Part shown: positions 55,283-64,000 of the stretch, one piece after another | Position numbering within the stretch: the first letter of the stretch is position 1 | Layout: the number at the start of each line of letters is the position of its first letter | DNA from: Epithemia pelagica | Lineage: Eukaryota > Protista > Bacillariophyta | Assembly: GCA_946965045.2 (NCBI GenBank) | Contig: OX337240.1 | Span: forward strand, 558,001-622,000 | DNA: 64,000 bases | Direction of reading: 5' to 3' | The notes under the pieces: model-generated | Told to the model about the DNA's origin: nothing | What the model saw: the letters and a program-made list of their open reading frames with translations, nothing else | Databases searched by the model: none | Program-made: the position numbers and the translations under genes

Positions 55283-58199
55283 ATGGACCAACCCATTTCG
55301 GCGCACCACCACAGTATGAATATTAGCACCATGAAATCGGTAAACATGGCACCACCACCAGTCAGTAGCATTTCCTACCCATCGATTCGAAGGAGTCCTT
55401 TTGAGCTTTACATCACAATGACATCCAGCAACTGCAACAAAACGAGTTGTTGTACCCCAAAGGACAAAGATGCCGGGTCTCTTCGAACCTCTTCGACCTG
55501 CGCTTCGGCTTCGTCGCCGGTGGTTTCCATTGTGAGCAACGAGAGTCGTGGTGTCTCGTTTGGAAGATTTACCTTTTTGGGCTTTCTCGTGGCCGTGGCG
55601 GGTCTCTTGGGATGGTTGGGCTTCTTTTTGTTGGCCAACGCCGAACAAAATTTGGTCAATGAACAGTATTACGTCATGACCGCCCGGGCGCTGGAGACTG
55701 TGAGGAGTGTGGCAGTACGTAGAGGACGAGTTGGGCCGTTGGAACATGCGTAGTAACGTGCTGTGTGCCTCATTTTGAACTTTTTTCTCCTCTCAACAGA
55801 AATACAAGCTACAATATGGTACTCACACCATGGCGGAAGTAGCTGCCTATACGTTCCCCGACGCTGAACAATGGCCCTATGTTTGGATCGATGGGTACTG
55901 GAAGATTGTTGAAAATGTGCTTCCCACATCCTTAAACACGGGAATGAATCTAGCACCCTTGGTAGACCCTGCCAAGGTCAATGTTTCGCAATTTGAAGAC
56001 TTTGTGTATGGAAAATTTGCCGAGGTATTTCCGGAACATCCGTTGATGGGCGCCCGAAGTCATTTCGGAAAAGGAATCTGGGGTACGCAACCTTTCGTGT
56101 TGTTTCTTTGCAGATCAAACTTTCCGTTCACTCACGTCGTCTTTCCTCACTTGATTTTTCTAGCCATTGACCCTTCGATTGAGACACAAGACAATCGTTA
56201 TCACGACACTACGGGAGTGTCCATCCATGGAAGCGATCGTGTGTTGCTCGCACCAAAGGTCCAGGGTTCATGGATTGGTGTCATTGACTCCGAGTGGGTC
56301 ATGATGAATGTACACGGCTTCAACAATCAAGGAAAAGCTGTTGATTACGTCATGGATTGTGTCGAGGAGCGAGCCCTAGCCGACGACCCGGACTCTATCA
56401 ATTGCCAGGCGGTTAGTCCGATGGAGCCGTCCAAGCCTCCAGCCGAGCATTTGGGCATGTTTGGGTTCGTGGCGACTCCCATCTACCCCGCAAATGACCC
56501 AACCACGTGCGTTGGATTCATTTTTGGACTCGTGTACTTTTCCGAGCTCTTGGAGGAAATGTATCCTGGAGATTACGAGGGTATTGACTGCGTATTCACC
56601 AGCAGCAGTGAGCAAACCTTCACATACTCGTTGCAGAACGGATCTGGCGTATTCCGGGGGCAAGGTGATTTGCACAATGACAAGTACGATGAATTCAAAA
56701 TGGAGACAGACTTGTTCGAACCCAATACCATGTCTAAGAAATCTGTGCAATACCACTGCGCTTGCTATCCGAATGATGACTTTGGTGAGATATATGCGAC
56801 CAAAGCGCCCGCCATTGCCGCCGCTGGGGCAGTGTTGATTATCTTCTTTGTTTCGGCGCTTTTCTTTTTATACGACAGATGCGTCCGCAAAGAATTCAAT
56901 GCTCGCAAAGAGCTGCTGGAAGCAAAGCGCAAGTTCGTACGTTTTGTGAGCCACGAAGTGAGGACTCCCCTCAACTCTGTCGCGATGGGATTGAAGCTGA
57001 TGCAGGATGAAATGAAAAAGAATAAGGGAGCCACAACGTGCAATAATAACGGCGAGTCTTGGGTTGATTTGGTCGACGAAATCCAAAACAACACACCGTG
57101 TGCCGTTGACGTGCTTACAGATTTGTTGAATTACGACAAGATTGAAAACGGCAGAGGTCTCACGTTAGAGCTAACCGTCATTCCAATCTGGAGTCTGATT
57201 GAGAAAACGGTACAGGAGTTCAAGCTCCCACTGGCCTCCAAAGGCATTACGCTGCACTTTGCGCTCCCCATGACGCAAAAGCCGGAAGCGGTCCATCAAA
57301 AGGTTGTGGGCGATCGCGTGCGACTGGCGCAAGTGTTGCGCAACCTCATGAGTAACGCTTGCAAGTTCACTCCCAATGGAGGCGACATTACGGTGGAGGT
57401 CCAGTGGGAGGAGTTGCCGCAGCACACAGCATCGACGCCACGCGAGTTTGTGGTAAAGGGAAATGAAACGGTCACGGGCAAGTCCTCGGGTGAACTCGTT
57501 TTAACCGTCCAAGATACAGGCGCGGGTATGACGCGAGAGCAATTGAAGAAGCTGTTTGGCCAGGGAGTCCAATTCAATGTCAATGACCTTCAGCACGGCA
57601 ATGGGTCGGGACTAGGACTGTACATTACCAAGAGTATTGTAGAAAGCCACAACGGCCGGCTGACCTGTGATTCGGCCGGTATTGGTTTGGGTACAACGTT
57701 TACCATGACGCTTCCTTTGTACAACTTTCCCCAAAGCAAGCTCGATGTTGAATTGGGACAAGGGCCCAGCGTCGAGAAAAATCTGTCCTATGTCGATTGG
57801 AAACTTCGCATCTTGGTGGTCGATGACGTTCTCACGAATCGCAAGTTCCTCGCCCGGCTTTTGTCCAACAAGGGCCACACGGTCGAACAGGCCGAGGATG
57901 GCGACATTGCCGTAACCAAAGTCCAAGAGGCGGAGCAAGCAGGCAGGCCCTTTGACCTCGTCCTGATGGACTACGAAATGCCGACCATGAGCGGACCAAC
58001 GGCTTCCAAACTTATACGGCAAAATGGCTCTGACGTCTACATTGCAGGTGTGACAGGCAACCTCATGCCCGAAGATGTCGAGTACTTTCAAGCTTGTGGA
58101 GCTGGCGTTTTTCTCTCCAAGCCCTTGAAGATTAGCGATGTAGAAGACTTGATTGTTGAACAAAACATCACGGGGCGCACTTGCGAGAATAGTACATGA
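55283..58199 (+). CDS. Hybrid sensor histidine kinase, copy 2 (916 aa); exons 55283-55714, 55800-56082, 56164-58199
   Basis: Same motifs as copy 1. GT-AG introns of 85 and 81 bp keep the frame. Carries 45 extra N-terminal residues. Confidence 0.9.
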
Positions 58200-60388
58200 A
58201 CAACAATGAGGCCTTGCGCGCTGGGGAGGTTTGTTCAGGAGTCCATCAAGGCCGCATGTCACGACTTTTACAGAACTCGCCCAATGCCTGTTTTTCTGTC
58301 GTATTAGCCATTGGCGAATGCAATCAAACGGGAGACGTCATGTTGTAAGGGCAGGTGTCCATCGGACAAGCAACGGCAACAACAGGTCATAAAACTCCGT
58401 CCTTGGCCTTGGGCGAAGCAGCTGTTCATGTACCAGGACACTGCGAGACAAATTTAGAGTAGTAACCGCATTGACTTCGGGACGGGCAATAGTGCACCAC
58501 GGCTCGTTCGGGTTGTAAAGTGCCTTTTTTCTCCCTGCAGTTGGTTTTATTGTTTTTTTGATCCACATGGGACGAATGGGTTTTGGATTCGTCTGTTTTT
58601 TGGTGACATGGAGAATCAGAACACAGACATAGCTTGGACGTTGTAGTGTTGTTGGAGTAAATGCTTTTCTTTCCGGGCCGTCTCTACTGGGAGTGTGGTT
58701 GGTTCGTTCGTTTAGGATTCCGTTTGACCAAACAGGGTTCGTTGAAGCATATTCAGGGTTTGCTTCCACGCCTTGTCGGCGGCTTGGGCTTGATAGGCAA
58801 AGGCCTCGTGAGGATTCCAGTCTTGTGCCGGATTGGTAAACCCATGACGGGCCTGGGACAATTGCAACAAGGAGGTGCGGGCATATCCCAAGTCTTGCAA
58901 CAAGGCCAAGGCTTGTTCCAAGGATGAGGCCGAAACAAAGGGATCTTCGACGCCATGACAAATCAAGACTTCGGCCAATTCGAGTGCTTTCTGAGTCGTG
59001 GAATTGGATACGGAGGACGACGAATCAGATGCAGATGCATCACGACAGCCATCAAACACCCCATGAAAGGTTGCCATGGCGCGAACCGCGGGAACTTGCA
59101 ATTTGGCGACTTGGAGGACAGCATGTCCCCCCAAACACCAGCCCAACACGGCCAGGGGACGACATTCCTGCAGTGTTGATGTTGATGATGTTGTGGATTG
59201 GACCACGTCCAGAGCGGCTTGCACACGGTCCCGCAACCCTTGGCGATCCCCGCCCAACAGATTGTCGCGTTCTTGTGTGTATCGCGTACGATCGTCCGCA
59301 TTCCAGGCCCATCCCGTCTCATCCGACAAGACATCGGCAATCAAAACCACCACGTCTTGTCGTTGTTCTTGTGCATCCGACGAGGACGGCTGTGCCACAA
59401 ATTCATGATTAACAAGGGCCGCCGCCTTGTACAAGAGAAACAAATCGTGAGGACCGGCTCCGGTATGAAAGAAAATGACAGCCGGTGTGGTGGTGCTCGT
59501 CGCCGAGACGGGAGACGTGTCGTCGTCACGTGAAACAGAAGAAGAGGGTGGACGACGAATCCAATGACCATACAGGGGGGTTGTGGTTGTCGTGCCATCC
59601 TTGTTTGTTGTGGTATACGTATACCGACACTGACACCATTCGGCTTCCCACACGGTTTCGGAAGTGGCTTCTTCTTGTTTCCAGGCGTCCAAGACGGCTT
59701 GAGCGTAGGCGACATTTTTGGCCAATTGGGGTTGGCCGTCCTCTTCTTGTGGTTGACACAGGGTTTGTTCCAACAAACAGGGTGCCGCCACCAAGGATTC
59801 TGGATTTAACGACGTCCACTCGGACAATTGAACGCTCGTCGTGATTGCAGCGTTGTCGTCGTTGTTGCTGCTTTGCAATGCCAAACGAGAGGAAGAAGAA
59901 GAAGTTGCCATGGTACCACGAGACCCTGTTCGTGTTCGTCTTCTTCTTTTTGCGCTTTCACTGCTCACTGGGAGATGCACTTGACTCTTTGTGTCACACC
60001 ACGAATGGCCGCGATTCGGATAGTGTCTGCGCACTAAAAAGGCCGCAGTGTGGGGAACCAACCGCCAGGACGAGTCGGATCGAGTCGATGCAACCACAAC
60101 AACAACACCAACACTACTTGCCAACAACACTGCCTTTATCAATACTACTACTGCAACAATCCCAGACGACGAGAACGACAGTACACGCATGATCCTTATC
60201 GTTGGTGGGTGTCAACAGCAATGGAGTGATGGCTGCGGATGACGGATACTCGAAACTCGAACGCACCTTGGTGGATCTTGCAGTTTGAGGTCATGCGATA
60301 CCATTTTTCGGTCGCACAAATATCCCCAAAAATTGGGTCCCCCAATCCCACAATTTCTTTCAATGGCCCCTCGTTTACTGCGCACGCG
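55364..60388. repeat. Copy 2 of the tandem segmental duplication
   Basis: Matches 41628-46545 joined to 54688-54788; similarity ends abruptly after 60388. Confidence 0.95.
58712..60190 (-). CDS. Dienelactone hydrolase family protein, copy 2
   Basis: GWCLGG, HGVEDPFV, HGFTNP; 2 aa longer than copy 1. Confidence 0.9.
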   Translation of the reverse strand: MRVLSFSSSGIVAVVVLIKAVLLASSVGVVVVVASTRSDSSWRLVPHTAAFLVRRHYPNRGHSWCDTKSQVHLPVSSESAKRRRRTRTGSRGTMATSSSSSRLALQSSNNDDNAAITTSVQLSEWTSLNPESLVAAPCLLEQTLCQPQEEDGQPQLAKNVAYAQAVLDAWKQEEATSETVWEAEWCQCRYTYTTTNKDGTTTTTPLYGHWIRRPPSSSVSRDDDTSPVSATSTTTPAVIFFHTGAGPHDLFLLYKAAALVNHEFVAQPSSSDAQEQRQDVVVLIADVLSDETGWAWNADDRTRYTQERDNLLGGDRQGLRDRVQAALDVVQSTTSSTSTLQECRPLAVLGWCLGGHAVLQVAKLQVPAVRAMATFHGVFDGCRDASASDSSSSVSNSTTQKALELAEVLICHGVEDPFVSASSLEQALALLQDLGYARTSLLQLSQARHGFTNPAQDWNPHEAFAYQAQAADKAWKQTLNMLQRTLFGQTES

Positions 60389-60668
60389 CATCGTACCGCT
60401 CCGGTCAAGAAGGGATCGACGGACGAACGATGACCAATCAATCACGCCCAAAGAGTTCTTGGAAGAATGAGTTGGTGTTGGGACAGGCATTTGGGATGAC
60501 TGGCCCAACAAAGTTTCAACAATCATAAATTGTTGGAAAGAAGTTTTGTGAAGCACATCGTTGGATTTGATCACCCGTTCGGTTCTTTACATACTTCTTT
60601 CGCTTTGGTTTTGTTTTGTTCTCCCTGTTCGACCGTGCCATCCCCCTCATTGTTGTCATTTTTTCGCG

Positions 60669-62754
60669 ATGTTTGAGTTTGAGTGGGGAAGTACTCCGGA
60701 TTCTTCGCCTTCTGTGGGGTCGTCAGGTGAGTCTGCTGTTCTTGTGACCGGGGGGGGGGGGGACCCTTCGTTCGGGTTCTCTCTTCGGTGTTGTTCGTCT
60801 CGAACAAGATACGTTTGAAGCGTCTTGTCGGGGCATAATTGGGGCAGGGCAGCGGGTCTGTGTTCGGGTTGGTTGTTCGGTGGCTTCGCATTCCTCTAAG
60901 AAACAAGTTTGGAGCAAGCTCGTGGGGGATGACCCCTCGGGAATCTTTATTCGCGGAGTCAGTGGATCTTCAAGTTCTGAAGCTGTGGAAACAATCTTTT
61001 GTCAACCGGTTCTTCCGGGCAATTGTGTACGATCCATTGATTGGAACGAAATGGAGCTCAGTCCGCGGTCGCTCAAGAGCTGGCAGGCAACTTTTGCATC
61101 CCTCAAGCATGCGGCGTCCGAGACAGGCGACGAGGTCGATCTCACTACAGTTGCTCAGGTAATGGAAAATACTAAGGCCAAGGTGAGGTTTGTCGCGATG
61201 ACGCCTAACCCTAAGAGGGCGTCAAAGCGTGGCCACAAAGATTTGGTAGAGACGGTTTCAGATGTGGATGAAGATGATCTAGATGTCAAACCTTCGGCCA
61301 TGGAAACCCCGCAGAAGCGTCGGTCCGTGGCTCCATGGAAGGACGTCCCTGAGGACATTGGGAACCAAGGTTCTACAAGGAGGCGCTTGGGGAAACTTGG
61401 TGGCAAATGTGAATACGTTGAGGTCGGAACATGAAAAGGAAGGAAAAGAAAGGGATTTGATGGAGGCGTCTCTAGATGATGAAATCGAAAGACTCCATGT
61501 GAAGCTGTCGGTCATTCATGCCTTGTTGGGTGAAAGGTCGGCAGAGTTTGGTACTCAGTCTGATTTTGAGATACTGGCCCATTGCATGTCAACCGTCCGA
61601 TCTTTGCAAGAAGTTGTAAGCAAGCGTTTGGAGAAACCCATGGGTCCAGAAGTGTTGAATCGATTGGAGACAATGGATCGCAAGATGGACCAGACAACGG
61701 CCTCAGCAAAGTCTCTTGTGCAGGAAGGTTTGAACAAGTTCTTTGGCGACAAGAGTGAGTTTAGACAACAGTTTGTCAACCCGACCTTGTCTTTGCTTTC
61801 GCGCTCTTCCATTCATACTGGTGATCCAGGAGGCAAGTGGGCGTCCTTGATTGCGGATTTGAGTGCTCGAATGGAAAATAAGGAGTGTCTCAGAATTCAG
61901 GTGGGGGGGGGGGGGGTGGATCTTTTGGATGGGCCACCTCTTCTTCGACGGTTGGTGGATTGAATTCTCCGTCTGTGAATTTCGTGGGTACGGGTGTGCA
62001 GAGACGTGAGTCTGGACGAGGAGCGTGCAGCCAATCTTCGAGCCACCACGGCCAAAGTGAGAGATAAAACGCCGTAGCATACAGCGTACATCGCCTCGTT
62101 AATCTCGAAGTTCCTCCGTTGTTGGGAAAGGGTGCAGACCAATCTCAAACAACCAATTCCAGAGCTCTGGGTGGCGCTCCAAAATTTGAGGACTTCCATC
62201 CACCCTCCGGTCGAGAAGGCATACACCAGCGTATTTTGGATCACGTCAAGGACAGAAGGCGCACGTTGGAACAAGCCATTAGTGATTTGTTCGCGTTTGG
62301 AACGGAGCCGGCGAGTGTTGCCCACGAGTTGTTGCTTCAGAGCAAGACCTTTTGGGATGACCTCTGTCATTGGATTGTGCGATACCATCAGCAAGTCCAG
62401 GCAGAGAGTGAAGCAAGTTCCCAAGAGGTGTGGATCCTCATTTCCCACTGCGTGCGTGCGATTTTCCGAAGTTTGAGGGAGGCTCGAGCCCCAGGACGTG
62501 CAACCAATACTCCAGCTGGTATGCTTTGGGGAACTCTCCGCGCCCATGAAGTTATGAAGGAGTACCGTCAATCGGATTTCAGTGGGCACCCCAAGATCGC
62601 CTTGATCCTTCACGAACACTTGATTCGCTTTGCTACGCCGCGATCCAAGTTCTCTTCTCTCAAGACAGGTTTGGAGGATCGAATGGACAAAGTGCAACGT
62701 ACGTTGAATTCAGTAGTTGCTGCAAACAACAAAGGATCGACCAAGAAAGCGTGA
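60669..62754 (+). pseudogene. gag-like ORF broken by several frameshifts
   Basis: Reconstructed CRGIIGAGQRVCVRVGCSVASH (C-x10-C-x4-C-x4-H) and C-terminal HPKIALILHEHL. Some frame switches fall at or near G-runs (60750-60762, 61903-61916). Confidence 0.6.
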
Positions 62755-62769
62755 TCCATCAATATTGTG

Positions 62770-64000
62770 ATGGAGGGAGGAAATCGGAAACGGAAGGTGT
62801 TGGAGGATTTGGAGAAACAAGCGATTGAAAAGGAAAAGGGCGAAGGCGAGTGCTGTGATAACCACTCGACAAAGTTTAATTGTTACGTAAAAGATTCGTC
62901 GAATTCCACGTCGCCTGTTGGAGTGGCTGAGCGAAAGATCACTCGGTTGAAAGTAGGTAAAGGTGATTGTAAGATTGGGTTGGCGAGCGGTGGGACTCCC
63001 TTTTGGTTTTGGGCGGTGTCATCGCTGGGTGAGGTATTATGGATTGATACACCGGAAGAGAAGGTAGACAATGGGGAAACTGGAGCTTCCAGTTGGGCGA
63101 AGTTAGCGATCAGTCGAGAGAATCGCTTGTCGAAAAACAAGGGAACAAAGAAGATGAGAATCACGGTTCGGCAACCACAATCCTGGCAGGTTCGACCAGA
63201 AGTTGACGTTGTGTTGTTCGATGGAGGGTGGACTCCCACACCTGGCCATCCAGTTTGGAAAATGCCAACGGTTCAAGTGGTGTGTTGGATTGGAGGTCGG
63301 CAGGGTGCAGGACCACATCGTCAAGACCCACGGTGGACGACAACGACGATGCTACTGAGCCATGATGAATTGGGTGGAGTCACGACACAAGAGTCGCTGA
63401 TTCATGTGGCCGAGCGAGTGGTGGAAGAAAGAACGAACCGTTTTGTTGATTGTTGGAGGAATTTCATGGAACCAGGATTGGAGAATACAACGATGAGTGG
63501 TGTCATCGATCCAACGATTAATGGGCGCGACTGCCCGGCACCAACGGCATATGATCCAACGAAGGAGGGCGTCGGACTGGTCCATAGAAAGATGAACTGG
63601 AAGAAGGATCGACACCGAACTCATGTGCTCCCCAGTGTTTTCACCACATCGAGTTATGTGGAGCGTCGCCTCGCTCCCCAAGAGTTGGCAATTGCGTTGG
63701 ATTTCCCGGCTGAGCTTCATAAGAGGGGTTCACGGGATGAGTTGAATTGTTGGATAGAAGGACTGGTGGTTCCATTCAAATGTCGCGTCCAGGTTGCTCT
63801 CTCGTTGCGAGAATGGATGAGTGGAACACAGGAACAGGAGGAGGAAGAGTTGGTTCGTGATTTGGATTCTCGGCAAAGGGACCGAAATTCAGCGGCGAAT
63901 TCTGATGAGGCACGAATGACGGAAGTTGAGGCTTTGTACTCAGCTCTTGAAAGTGACGAAGGAGTTAGCTCATTGAATATCGAGGAACGTCGTGAGATAT
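62770..64000 (+). CDS. 3'-partial ORF2, absent from the ORF track, with weak C5-DNA-methyltransferase-like motifs
   Basis: Hand translation is open from ATG 62770 to the window end, in frame with gag. Motifs DVVLFDGG, SHDELGGVT, VLPSVF, RRLAPQELAIALDFP, VVPFKC. Confidence 0.6.
   Translation, partial: MEGGNRKRKVLEDLEKQAIEKEKGEGECCDNHSTKFNCYVKDSSNSTSPVGVAERKITRLKVGKGDCKIGLASGGTPFWFWAVSSLGEVLWIDTPEEKVDNGETGASSWAKLAISRENRLSKNKGTKKMRITVRQPQSWQVRPEVDVVLFDGGWTPTPGHPVWKMPTVQVVCWIGGRQGAGPHRQDPRWTTTTMLLSHDELGGVTTQESLIHVAERVVEERTNRFVDCWRNFMEPGLENTTMSGVIDPTINGRDCPAPTAYDPTKEGVGLVHRKMNWKKDRHRTHVLPSVFTTSSYVERRLAPQELAIALDFPAELHKRGSRDELNCWIEGLVVPFKCRVQVALSLREWMSGTQEQEEEELVRDLDSRQRDRNSAANSDEARMTEVEALYSALESDEGVSSLNIEERREI

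Larger units (their letters stand above)
60389..64000 (+). mobile_element. 5' part of a second retroelement, probably YR/DIRS-like, running off the window
   Basis: Begins where similarity to copy 1 stops. It has a frameshifted gag-like ORF and a second open frame. RT and YR are not within the window, so the class is inferred. Confidence 0.6.

Noticed and set aside
60750-61916. G13 and G14 runs as G-quadruplex or programmed frameshift signals
   Set aside because: Isolated homopolymers in a gag that is also frameshifted elsewhere; slippage or sequencing indels are simpler explanations.

Overview
A eukaryotic, TE-rich and intron-containing window. The gene and TE content points to a diatom (inference). 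Mobile elements: the 3' part of a Ty1/copia (CoDi-type) element with its 3' LTR (1-5.2 kb); a 305-bp hAT-type MITE with 16-bp TIRs and an 8-bp TSD; two degenerate tyrosine-recombinase-type retrotransposons pointing outward (about 33.8-41.5 kb, and 60.4 kb to the window end); and a full-length 8.1-kb APE-RT-RNaseH non-LTR element with a 17-bp TSD, inserted in one copy of a ~5.6-kb tandem duplication of a hybrid histidine kinase and a dienelactone hydrolase. Host genes: an N-truncated TM9SF, an NAD-dependent DNA ligase with two BRCT domains, a GH5 exo-1,3-beta-glucanase with X8 and TM domains, a LarC-like protein with a degenerate N-domain, a six-exon protein with five tandem PB1-like modules, and several uncharacterised proteins. 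The best finding is missed by the ORF track: a two-exon SelW/Rdx-family gene (25297-25665, minus) whose redox motif is TGA-GGT-GGA-TGA, a predicted UxxU (two-selenocysteine) motif, with a candidate non-canonical SECIS downstream. No rRNA, tRNA or CRISPR array was recognised. All family assignments are by-eye motif recognition; no database search was run.
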